Assembly: GCA_900617105.1 (NCBI GenBank)
Contig: UYFQ01000082.1
Location: forward strand, 1 to 37,566
Direction of reading: 5' to 3'
Origin: Hydrurus foetidus
Taxonomy: Eukaryota
DNA: 37,566 nucleotides
The position numbers and the translations under genes were made by a program. Each line of letters starts with the position of its first letter. The stretch's first letter is position 1. The notes under the pieces are model-generated. The model made no database searches. It saw only the letters and a program-made list of their open reading frames with translations, and had not been told where the DNA came from. Shown here one piece after another: positions 26,555 through 35,333 of this stretch.

Positions 26555-28345
26555 CTAGACGGTGGGTTTGAGTTTGAGGCAGCTGCTCTCGGGAATGCGC
26601 TTGGCTCCGGCCTTGCTGCGGGCCTCATCATCAGCCTCACAAGCGAAGAGCAGGCCGTAGTACATGCGGCGCCAGTAGACATCGTCGCCCGGCGCGTCTT
26701 TTTGCAAGTTGGCAATGAACAGGGCTTCGATCTGGCGCAGCACGTCCTTGCGTTGGGCAGGCGTCCAGTCTTGCTGCAAGGGCTGCTCCATGAACAGGCG
26801 CTCCAGCTCGGGCACGCTGTGGCTGTGGCCCCACAGCGTGGGCGTTGAAGCCAACACCACTTTTTCGTTCAACACCATGCCGATCAGCATGGAGCGGTAC
26901 AAGCACTCCCGCGAATCAGGGTGGAAACTTTCGGCGCGCGTCTTGATCGAGGTCATTTGGTTGGCAATGACCGAAGGCGCCATGTACTTCACGTTGCGGG
27001 CCAACTGCTCCAGCTGGACCACGGTCATTTGGGTCATCGGACTGTCGTAGACGCCCAACTGCGCGCACTCGGGCATCTCGCCTGTTGCAGCCACCGCTTT
27101 GGCGGGGGTTGGCGCGGCGGGCTTGGACGGCACCACCGATACACCGGGCGCTACGGCCACCACGGGCGGTGTGGGCAACCTGACAGGCGCTGACGCAGGG
27201 GCACTCGTCGGCGCTGCAGCCACCGCCAGCACGGGTTGCTGTACCACTGCGAGCGGTGCGCGTGCACTGCGCTGGTCCAACGCCACCCACAAGGCGGTGC
27301 TGGCCAGCCCCACCGCCAACACGCCTACTGCGATGGCAGCCCAGGCGCTGGCACGGATCCGCAAAAAGGTCTTGCGCCCGGGGCGCGGCAGTTGCACGGG
27401 CTCGCGCGCTGAAGCCTCCGAACCGCTGAACACCGCGCGCGGACGCCGTGGCACCGCCACCGGCACACCCCACCACTGCGGCGACTGCAGTGCCCGCAGC
27501 GCCACTACCAGCGCCTGCATGGTGGCAAAACGCTGCTCCGGCGCCTTGGCACAGGCCTGGGCGATCACCGCATCCAGCGCCGGGTAGTCGCGTAGCGGCT
27601 GCACGTCGATGAGTGCAGGCACCGGGTCGTTGAGCTGGGCCCACAGCAGCTGCGAGGTGCTGTCCCGGGTAAACGCCTCGCGCCCGCTCAGCGCCTCAAA
27701 CAGCACCAGGCCCAGCGCGTACACATCCGTGCGAGCGTCGATAACACCAGCTGAAATCTGCTCCGGTGCCATGTAGCGCGGCGTGCCCGCCACGCTGCCG
27801 TCCGCAGTGAGCTGGGTGCCCACTGCGTCCATCAGGCGGGCAATGCCAAAGTCCAGCACCTTCACGTGCAGGCCCGCCAAGTCGCGCCGCACGCGAATGT
27901 TTTCGGGTTTGATGTCGCGGTGCACCACGCCCTTGGCATGGGCAAAGGCCAGCACCTCGGCCACCTTGCAGGTGAGCGTGATGGCGTCTTCAAACGACAG
28001 CGCACCCTCGCGGTCCAGCAAGGTCGAAAGGTCATCGCCCTCCACATACTCAAAAGCGAGGTACAGCTGACCATCTGCATCCGTACCGGCATCCAGCAGC
28101 TGGGCAGCACCGGGGTGGTTCACCTCGAGATTCAGCGCGGCTTCGCGCTCAAAGCGCTTACGCAGCTGCGGGTCGTCCGACAGATGGGCGGGTAAAAACT
28201 TCAGTGCAACCTGGTTGCCCACGCCAATCTGCTTGGCCAGGTACACCGCCCCCATGCCACCATTGCCGATCTTGCGCAGCAGCTGGTAGCGGCCCGCAAC
28301 CACCTGCAGAGAGGGGCGGGACGAGGAACGGGGGAAATCACTCAT
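26555..28345 (-). CDS. Hanks-type membrane Ser/Thr protein kinase
   Basis: GNGGMGAV, VALK, HRDIKPEN, DFG, GTPRYMAPE, DVYALG; one TM; Pro/Ala linker; C-terminal domain with 4 Cys. Confidence 0.92.
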   Translation of the reverse strand: MSDFPRSSSRPSLQVVAGRYQLLRKIGNGGMGAVYLAKQIGVGNQVALKFLPAHLSDDPQLRKRFEREAALNLEVNHPGAAQLLDAGTDADGQLYLAFEYVEGDDLSTLLDREGALSFEDAITLTCKVAEVLAFAHAKGVVHRDIKPENIRVRRDLAGLHVKVLDFGIARLMDAVGTQLTADGSVAGTPRYMAPEQISAGVIDARTDVYALGLVLFEALSGREAFTRDSTSQLLWAQLNDPVPALIDVQPLRDYPALDAVIAQACAKAPEQRFATMQALVVALRALQSPQWWGVPVAVPRRPRAVFSGSEASAREPVQLPRPGRKTFLRIRASAWAAIAVGVLAVGLASTALWVALDQRSARAPLAVVQQPVLAVAAAPTSAPASAPVRLPTPPVVAVAPGVSVVPSKPAAPTPAKAVAATGEMPECAQLGVYDSPMTQMTVVQLEQLARNVKYMAPSVIANQMTSIKTRAESFHPDSRECLYRSMLIGMVLNEKVVLASTPTLWGHSHSVPELERLFMEQPLQQDWTPAQRKDVLRQIEALFIANLQKDAPGDDVYWRRMYYGLLFACEADDEARSKAGAKRIPESSCLKLKPTV

Positions 28346-28360
28346 ACGCAGGACAAACGT

Positions 28361-28681
28361 TTAGAGCGAGTAATCGCGCTCCACCCTTGCTATACGGGTC
28401 TTGAACGCGGCATACCACTTCTCGTGGCCCAGCTTCTGCGCGACCTGGTGTTCGGCATTGGCCTTCCAGGCACGGATGGACTCCAAGTCGGCCCAGTACG
28501 ACACGGTGATACCTACCCCATCGCGCGCGGACTCTACGCCCAGAAAGCCTGGCTGCTGGGCGGCCAGCGCCACCATCTTCTCGGCCATGTCGCCATAGCC
28601 TTCATCCACAGCGGTGCGCAAGTTGGTGAAGATGACCGCGTAGTACGGCGCGGGCGGGGTGTTGGCAATGTCCAGGCTCAT
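28361..28681 (-). CDS. Antibiotic biosynthesis monooxygenase (ABM) family protein
   Basis: PPAPYYAVIFT..QPGFLGVES..ITVSYW..W..H...Q..G...WY pattern. Confidence 0.85.
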   Translation of the reverse strand: MSLDIANTPPAPYYAVIFTNLRTAVDEGYGDMAEKMVALAAQQPGFLGVESARDGVGITVSYWADLESIRAWKANAEHQVAQKLGHEKWYAAFKTRIARVERDYSL

Positions 28682-28700
28682 GGAGGTGCTTTCAAGGGGG

Positions 28701-31118
28701 TTAGGGAACGGGGGTGAGCTTGGCCACACTCAGCGCCAGCCATTTGGTGCCGTGGCGCGGGAAGTTGATCTGCGCGCGCGCATCGTCGCCCGCGCCTTCC
28801 AGCGTGAGCACCGTGCCTTCGCCAAACTTGGCGTGAAAGACCTTTTGGCCTTTGTGCAGGCCACCGGCTTCCTCCTTGCGGGGTACTTCCTTCTCTGGCG
28901 CAGAATAAGAACCAAATTGGCCTGTAGCCCCCGTGGAATATGCGCGAGCAGCTCCTGAATTCGTAGCATATCCGCCACCACCCCAACTGCTACCGAAGCC
29001 GCCACCCGTGGGCATGGGCTGCTGTTTGGGCGTGAGGTATTTCAGGCATTCCTCGGGCAGCTCGTCAAAGAAGCGGCTCTTGAGGTTGTAGCGCGTCTGG
29101 CCGTGCAGCATGCGGGTTTGCGAGTGACTCAGGTACAGGCGCTTGCGTGCCCGCGTGATCGCCACATAGGCCAGGCGCCGCTCTTCCTCCAGCCCGTCGT
29201 GGTCGCTCATGGAGTTCTCGTGCGGGAACAGGCCCTCCTCCATGCCGGTGATGAACACGCAGTCAAACTCCAGGCCCTTGGAGCTGTGCACGGTCATGAG
29301 CTGGATCGCGTCTTGCCCTGCAGCGGCCATGTTGTCGCCCGCTTCCAGCGCGGCATGCGTCAAAAACGCCTGCAACGGCGACAAGGTTTCACCGGTGTCG
29401 CCAAATTCATCGGGCGCGGCATCCAACGCAGCGCCGCTCAAACCCTGGCTGGCCGGACTTTGGGTCAAGGCATCGGGCGAACTCACCAGCGCGGTCATGC
29501 CCGGCGCCTCACGGCCAAAGCCTTCCTGCATCACAAAGCTCTCGGCGGCGTTGACCAGTTCGTCCAAGTTTTCCAGCCGGTCTTCGCCCTCGCGGTCATT
29601 GCGGTAGTGCTCCCGCAGACCGCTGTTGTCCAGCATCAGCTGGATGATGTCCTTGAGATTCATGCCACCCGCCTGGGTCTGCTCACGCAACACGTCCAGC
29701 TTGGCCACAAAGCCCGCGATCAATGCGCCGGGACGACCCGTCAAGGTGCTCACCGCATCGTGCAGCGAGCAGCCCGTGGTTCTGGCCAGGTCTTGCAATT
29801 GTTCGATGCTGCGCGCACCAATGCCACGCGCGGGAAAGTTCACCACACGCAGAAAGCTGGTGTCGTCGTTGGGGTTCTCCAGCAGACGCAGGTAGGCCAG
29901 CGCATGCTTGATTTCGGCGCGCTCGAAAAAGCGCAGGCCACCGTACACGCGGTAGGGAATGGCAGCGTTGAACAGCGCCGTCTCGATCACACGGCTTTGT
30001 GCGTTGGAGCGGTAGAGCACTGCAATTTCCTTGCGTTCCACGTCCTCGCGGATCAGCTGCTTCATCTCGTCCACCATCCACTGCGCCTCGGCAAAATCAG
30101 TGGGTGCCTCGTACACGCGCACCGGCTCGCCAACGCCCTGCTCGGTGCGCAGGTTCTTGCCCAGACGCTTGCTGTTGTGGCTGATGAGTGCGTTGGCGCT
30201 GTCCAGAATGTTGCTGTAGCTTCGGTAGTTCTGCTCCAGCTTGATCTGGCGCTGCACGGAAAATTCGCGCACAAAGTCGGTCATATTGCCGACCCGCGCA
30301 CCGCGGAAGGCGTAGATGCTCTGGTCGTCATCGCCCACCGCCAGCACGGCGCCACCGCTGCCGTTGTGCAGGGCATCACTACCCTGTCCGGCCAGCATCT
30401 TGATCCAGGCGTACTGCAGCTTGTTGGTGTCCTGAAACTCGTCGATCAGGATGTGACGAAAGCGCCGCTGGTAATGCTCGCGGATGGGCGTGTTGTCGCG
30501 CAGCAGCTCGTAGCTGCGCAGCATCAGCTCGCCAAAGTCCACCACGCCTTCGCGCTGGCACTGGTCTTCGTACAGCTGGTAAATCTCGACTTTCTTGCGC
30601 GTGTCCGGGTCGCTGGCCACCACGTCCTTGGGGCGCAGGCCCTCTTCCTTGCAGCCGCCAATGAACCAGCCCATTTGCTTGGGAGGAAAGCGCTCGCTGT
30701 CGACGTTGTGTTGCTTGCACAAACGCTTGATCGCGCTGAGCTGGTCTTGTGTGTCCAGAATCTGAAACGTCTGGGGCAGGCCGGCCATTTTGTAGTGCGC
30801 GCGCAAAAAACGGTTGCACAGCCCGTGGAAGGTGCCAATCCACATGCCATTCACATTCAGCGGCAACATGGCAGACAAGCGCGTCTTCATTTCCTTGGCG
30901 GCCTTGTTGGTAAAGGTCACGGCCAGGATTCCTCCGGGCGACACGTAGCCGTTCTGCAGCAGCCAAGCGATGCGCGTGGTCAGCACCCGGGTTTTGCCTG
31001 AACCGGCCCCCGCCAGAATCAGCGCGTGCTGGGCCGGCAGCGTCACAGCGGCCAGCTGCTCGGGGTTGAGGTTGTGTAACAGGGGGGAGGTGTTGCCAGG
31101 GGCGGCGAGGGAATGCAT
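28701..31118 (-). CDS. uvrD: DNA helicase II (UvrD)
   Basis: LNPEQ, AGAGSGKT, TFTNKAA, DEFQD, GDDDQSIY, LEQNYRS, TVHSSKGLEF, EERRLAYVAITRA; C-terminal Tudor-like HAKFGEG. Confidence 0.96.
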   Translation of the reverse strand: MHSLAAPGNTSPLLHNLNPEQLAAVTLPAQHALILAGAGSGKTRVLTTRIAWLLQNGYVSPGGILAVTFTNKAAKEMKTRLSAMLPLNVNGMWIGTFHGLCNRFLRAHYKMAGLPQTFQILDTQDQLSAIKRLCKQHNVDSERFPPKQMGWFIGGCKEEGLRPKDVVASDPDTRKKVEIYQLYEDQCQREGVVDFGELMLRSYELLRDNTPIREHYQRRFRHILIDEFQDTNKLQYAWIKMLAGQGSDALHNGSGGAVLAVGDDDQSIYAFRGARVGNMTDFVREFSVQRQIKLEQNYRSYSNILDSANALISHNSKRLGKNLRTEQGVGEPVRVYEAPTDFAEAQWMVDEMKQLIREDVERKEIAVLYRSNAQSRVIETALFNAAIPYRVYGGLRFFERAEIKHALAYLRLLENPNDDTSFLRVVNFPARGIGARSIEQLQDLARTTGCSLHDAVSTLTGRPGALIAGFVAKLDVLREQTQAGGMNLKDIIQLMLDNSGLREHYRNDREGEDRLENLDELVNAAESFVMQEGFGREAPGMTALVSSPDALTQSPASQGLSGAALDAAPDEFGDTGETLSPLQAFLTHAALEAGDNMAAAGQDAIQLMTVHSSKGLEFDCVFITGMEEGLFPHENSMSDHDGLEEERRLAYVAITRARKRLYLSHSQTRMLHGQTRYNLKSRFFDELPEECLKYLTPKQQPMPTGGGFGSSWGGGGYATNSGAARAYSTGATGQFGSYSAPEKEVPRKEEAGGLHKGQKVFHAKFGEGTVLTLEGAGDDARAQINFPRHGTKWLALSVAKLTPVP
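28904..28968 (-). repeat. ~65-bp dispersed element, copy 6 (in frame within uvrD linker)
   Basis: 49/65 ungapped identity to copy 1 (hand count); encodes ATNSGAARAYSTGATGQFGSY. Confidence 0.85.
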
Positions 31119-31124
31119 GCCCCG

Positions 31125-31130
31125 ATTGTA
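31125..31130 (-). promoter_or_regulatory. -10 box of uvrD (probably leaderless)
   Basis: TACAAT lies 6 nt upstream of ATG 31118; no SD. Confidence 0.6.
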
Positions 31131-31309
31131 GAAAGGCGCAGCGCGCCACCAGTTTGGCACCCATATAAAAAACCATATACCGCCCTGCCCCCAACCCGCC
31201 TAAAATCGCGCACCGGGCCCAAGCAATTGGCACCCGGTTTTTTTATGGCCGGTGCCGATCCAAGTGTCCAGTTTTTTCAATCTGAAAACTAGCGATAGGA
31301 GCTTGGACC

Positions 31310-32287
31310 ATGGAAATTTTTGACTACGACAACATTCTCTTGCTGCCCCGCAAATGCCGGGTGGAGAGCCGTTCCGAATGCGATGCCAGCGTCGAGCTGG
31401 GCAGCCGCAAATTCCGCATTCCCGCCGTACCCGCCAATATGAAGACGGTGGTGGACGAGTCGATCTGCGAATGGCTGGCGCAGAACGGCTACTTCTACGT
31501 GATGCACCGATTTGACCTGGACAATGTGCAGTTCACCCAAGCCATGCACGCCAAGGGCCTGTTTGCGTCCATCTCGCTGGGCGTCAAAAAGCCCGACTAC
31601 GCCACGGTAGACCAGTTGGTGGCGCTGGGCGTGACGCCCGAGTACATCACCATCGACATCGCCCACGGCCATGCCGACAGCGTGCGCGACATGATCATCT
31701 ACCTGAAGAAGCACCTTCCCGGCAGCTTTGTGATTGCCGGCAACGTAGCCACGCCCGAGGCCGTGATTGACCTGGAAAACTGGGGTGCCGACGCCACCAA
31801 AGTGGGCGTGGGCCCGGGCAAGGTCTGCATCACCAAGCTCAAGACCGGGTTTGGCACCGGCGGCTGGCAGCTCAGCGCGCTCAAATGGTGTGCCCGCGTG
31901 GCCACCAAGCCCATCATTGCCGACGGCGGCATCCGCAGCCACGGCGACATTGCCAAGAGCATTCGTTTTGGCGCCAGCATGGTGATGATCGGTTCGCTGT
32001 TCGCCGGCCACGAAGAATCGCCCGGCAAGACCGTGGAAGTGGACGGTGCGCTGTTCAAGGAGTACTACGGCTCGGCCAGCGACTTCAACAAGGGCGAGTA
32101 CAAGCACGTGGAAGGCAAGCGCATTCTGGAGCCCATCAAGGGCAAGCTCGCCGGCACGCTGATCGAGATGGAGCAGGACGTGCAAAGCTCTATCAGCTAC
32201 TCGGGCGGCAAAAAGCTCATGGACATCCGCAAGGTGAACTATGTGACGCTGGGCGGCGACAACGCTGGCGAACACCTGCTGATGTAA
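31310..32287 (+). CDS. guaC: GMP reductase (type 2, Bacillus-like)
   Basis: [55 protein letters not shown]. Confidence 0.95.
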   Translation: MEIFDYDNILLLPRKCRVESRSECDASVELGSRKFRIPAVPANMKTVVDESICEWLAQNGYFYVMHRFDLDNVQFTQAMHAKGLFASISLGVKKPDYATVDQLVALGVTPEYITIDIAHGHADSVRDMIIYLKKHLPGSFVIAGNVATPEAVIDLENWGADATKVGVGPGKVCITKLKTGFGTGGWQLSALKWCARVATKPIIADGGIRSHGDIAKSIRFGASMVMIGSLFAGHEESPGKTVEVDGALFKEYYGSASDFNKGEYKHVEGKRILEPIKGKLAGTLIEMEQDVQSSISYSGGKKLMDIRKVNYVTLGGDNAGEHLLM

Positions 32288-32392
32288 GCAGACCTCACAG
32301 TCTGTCAGCGATCCGACAGCCTTTGAGTCCCCCCTGACACCCGCTGCGCGGCGGGTAGCGCTATTCTTGTGCCGAGGAGCACAAGAGTCACC

Positions 32393-33262
32393 ATGAAAAT
32401 AGCATTACTCGGCATTGGCCTCATGGGCCTGCCCATGGGTCGCCGCCTGTGTGAGGCCGGGCATTCGGTTCACGTCTGGAACCGTACCCGGCACAAGGCC
32501 GAACTGCTGGCGCCCCTGGGCGCTACGGTGCACAACACCCCCGCCCAAGCCGTCAAAGATGCTGAGCTCGTGATCCTCATGCTGGACCACGGCGGCGTGG
32601 TGGGCCATGTGCTGTTCGAGTTGGGCGCAGCAAGCGCCATCCAACCTGGCACGCTGCTGGTGGACATGTCCTCCATCAAACCGATTGAAGCCCGCGACCA
32701 TGCGGCCCGCCTGAGTGAGCTGGGTGTGGACTACCTGGACGCGCCCGTCTCTGGCGGCACGGTGGGCGCTGAGCAAGGCACATTGGCCATCATGGTGGGG
32801 GGTAAAGCCAGCAACTTTGAACGCGCCGTGCCGGTGCTGAAAGTCTTTGGCCGTCCAACCCATGTGGGCCCCATTGGCTCCGGGCAGCTGACCAAGCTGG
32901 CCAACCAGATGATTGTGGGCGCCACCATTGGCGTGGTGGCCGAGGCCCTGCTGCTGTGCGAGCGTGGGGGCGCCGACATGGGCAAGGTGAAGGAAGCCAT
33001 CACCGGTGGCTTTGCAGACAGCCGCATCCTGCAAGTGCACGGCCAGCGCATGGTGGACCGCGACTTTGCCCCACGCGCGCGCATGACCGTGCAAATCAAG
33101 GACCTGCGCAATGCCCTCGCCACGGCCAACGAGGTCGGGTTTGACGCGCCGATCACGGCCCTGTTTGAGCAACTCTACGCCCAGGGCATCGAGCATGGAC
33201 TGGCCGATCTGGACCATGCAGGTCTGTTTGTGGAACTGGCCAGCCGCAACGGCATGGCCTGA
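32393..33262 (+). CDS. NAD(P)-dependent beta-hydroxyacid dehydrogenase (2-hydroxy-3-oxopropionate reductase-like)
   Basis: GIGLMG, WNRT, DAPVSGG, KLANQ, KDL. Confidence 0.88.
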   Translation: MKIALLGIGLMGLPMGRRLCEAGHSVHVWNRTRHKAELLAPLGATVHNTPAQAVKDAELVILMLDHGGVVGHVLFELGAASAIQPGTLLVDMSSIKPIEARDHAARLSELGVDYLDAPVSGGTVGAEQGTLAIMVGGKASNFERAVPVLKVFGRPTHVGPIGSGQLTKLANQMIVGATIGVVAEALLLCERGGADMGKVKEAITGGFADSRILQVHGQRMVDRDFAPRARMTVQIKDLRNALATANEVGFDAPITALFEQLYAQGIEHGLADLDHAGLFVELASRNGMA

Positions 33263-33283
33263 TCGCGAAAAAACCGGCACGAA

Positions 33284-33311
33284 AAAAAAGGCCTCTTGCG
33301 AGGCCTTTTTT
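33284..33311. terminator. Bidirectional intrinsic terminator
   Basis: AAAAAAGGCCTC-TTGC-GAGGCCTTTTTT between convergent genes. Confidence 0.88.
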
Positions 33312-33332
33312 GCTGGAGCCAATCAGGGCAGA

Positions 33333-35333
33333 TTAGTCCGCGTTGCGTGCGGGGCGCTTCTTGGCGTCGCGGGGCACAAACACCTTGCCGCCGTTGCCAG
33401 GTTTGGCAAAACCAGCGGGCTTGCCAAAGGCAGGCTTGCGGGCAGCGAAATCGCCACGCGGAGCACCGAAGTCACCACGGGGGGCACCAAAGTCACCGCG
33501 AGGGGCTCCGAAATCGCCACGTGGGGCTTGGAAGTCGCCACGAGGCTGGAAGTCGCCACGGGGAGGACGTGCATCACCGCGGGGAGCGCCTGCTGGGCCG
33601 GCAAAGCGGTCGTTGAAACCACCCTTGCGTTCGTAGCTGAAACCTTCGCGGGCTGCGCCACCGAAGTCACGTGCGCTATGACCGAAGTCACGCGGGGCAC
33701 CAGCGGGTGGGCGTCCACCGAAACCGCCACCACCACCACCACCGTTGTTGCCGCGGTTACCACCAAAGCCACCTTCGCGGGGGCCGTTGCTGAACTTGCG
33801 ATCACGGTCGCCGCCGAAGCCGCCGCCAGGATTGGCACGACCCGCAAAGCTGGGGCGTGACTCTGGGGCACGCTGTTGTGGCTCCAGACCAGGAATCGTT
33901 TCAGCCTTGATGGGCTGGCGCGTGTAGGCTTCGATGTCGAAAATTTTGCGACGATCGCGCATTTCGGCAAAGGTGATAGCCAAGCCATCGCGACCGGCAC
34001 GGCCAGTACGGCCAATACGGTGGGTGTAGTCCTCGGCCTTCATTGGCAAGCCAAAGTTGAACACGTGGGTGATGGTGGGCACGTCAATACCGCGAGCGGC
34101 CACATCGGTTGCCACCAGGATTTGCACCTGGCCTTGGCGCAGGGCCATCAGGCGGCGGTTACGCAGACCCTGGCTCAGGGCACCGTGCAGGGCTACAGCG
34201 TCAAAGCCGTCTTGCTGCAGGTCGTTGGCCAAGCCGTCGCACTCGATCTGGGTGCTGGCAAACACGATCGCTTGGTTGATGGTGGTGTCGCGCAACCAGT
34301 GGTCGAGCAACTTGCGCTTGTGGTGCGCGTTGTCTGCCCAGAACAGCACTTGCTTGATGTTGCTGTGCTTTTCTTGTGGGCTGTCGATTTGCAAACGCTC
34401 TGGCTGACGCATCACGCGGGCGGCCAGTTGCTGAATGCGTGGCGCGAAGGTGGCGCTGAACATCATGGTTTGCTGACGCTCAATGGTCAGCTGGTTGATT
34501 TCGGCCAGGTCATCGGAGAAAGCCCAATCCAACATACGGTCGGCTTCGTCAACCACCAAGAACTTCACTTGGTCAAGCTTGATTTGCATGTGAGCGTTGC
34601 AGTCGAGCAAACGTCCTGGGGTAGCGACCACCAGGTTGGCGTTTTGCAGCTTGGCAATTTGCAACTGGTAAGGCATGCCGCCCACCACGTTGGCAATGCG
34701 CAGACCACGGCAATGGCGAACCAAATCAATCGCGTCATTAGCGACTTGCTGGGCCAGTTCGCGGGTTGGGCAAACGATCAACGCGCCAGGGGTAGCGGCT
34801 TTGAAGTTACGGGTGCTGGTCGGGTCTTTGCGCTTGGGGCGCTTAGGAGGCGCTTCGCCCTTGGCGGCAGCGTCAGCGACCAAACGGTCCCATTCAGCGC
34901 GGGTTTCAGCTTCAGCATCTGATTGTTGCTTGAGCAGGGTGTGCAGCACGGGCAACAAGAAGGCTGCGGTTTTGCCGCTACCGGTCTGGCTGGAGACCAT
35001 CAAGTCGATAAAGCGCTTGGCTTCACCGTTCACACCTTCGCCCGGCAAAGCCTTGGGGATGGTGGCCAGCTGCACGCTGGTGGGCTGGGTGAAACCCAAC
35101 TCAGCAATGGCAGCCAACAACTCAGGAGCCAAGCCCAGCAACTCAAAGCCGTTAGGCTCAGCAGGTGCGACTACAGCATCGTCAGCCTGTGCCATTTCAG
35201 CGTCAGCAGGTGCTTGAGCCACGTTGCCTTGGTGGGAAAAATCGGAGTGATCAGAGGAAATGTTGTCAGATGCGGTATCAGCAACAAAATTTTCAGGCGT
35301 AAAGTCGCCCGATACGTCAAAAGCGTCGGTCAT
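33333..35333 (-). CDS. DEAD-box RNA helicase
   Basis: Q motif, SQTGSGKT, PTRELA, TPGR, DEAD, SAT, ARGID, HRIGRTGR; G/R-rich tail; start placed at MTDAF. Confidence 0.95.
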   Translation of the reverse strand: MTDAFDVSGDFTPENFVADTASDNISSDHSDFSHQGNVAQAPADAEMAQADDAVVAPAEPNGFELLGLAPELLAAIAELGFTQPTSVQLATIPKALPGEGVNGEAKRFIDLMVSSQTGSGKTAAFLLPVLHTLLKQQSDAEAETRAEWDRLVADAAAKGEAPPKRPKRKDPTSTRNFKAATPGALIVCPTRELAQQVANDAIDLVRHCRGLRIANVVGGMPYQLQIAKLQNANLVVATPGRLLDCNAHMQIKLDQVKFLVVDEADRMLDWAFSDDLAEINQLTIERQQTMMFSATFAPRIQQLAARVMRQPERLQIDSPQEKHSNIKQVLFWADNAHHKRKLLDHWLRDTTINQAIVFASTQIECDGLANDLQQDGFDAVALHGALSQGLRNRRLMALRQGQVQILVATDVAARGIDVPTITHVFNFGLPMKAEDYTHRIGRTGRAGRDGLAITFAEMRDRRKIFDIEAYTRQPIKAETIPGLEPQQRAPESRPSFAGRANPGGGFGGDRDRKFSNGPREGGFGGNRGNNGGGGGGGFGGRPPAGAPRDFGHSARDFGGAAREGFSYERKGGFNDRFAGPAGAPRGDARPPRGDFQPRGDFQAPRGDFGAPRGDFGAPRGDFGAPRGDFAARKPAFGKPAGFAKPGNGGKVFVPRDAKKRPARNAD
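33447..33587 (-). repeat. Intragenic tandem repeats encoding seven PRGD(F) units
   Basis: APRGDARP-PRGDFQ-PRGDFQA-(PRGDFGA)x3-PRGDFAA; mostly 21-nt period with synonymous divergence. Confidence 0.85.

Noticed and set aside
29103..31001. 632-aa + strand ORF, and similar long antisense ORFs (170..1159, 10345..11721, 17239..18486, 19595..20914, 24482..25816, 31289..32275, 33876..34922)
   Set aside because: Antisense shadows of well-supported genes, expected in high-GC DNA; no recognisable motifs.
33447..33587. CRISPR-like array
   Set aside because: Repeats are contiguous, in frame and spacer-less, and there are no cas genes.
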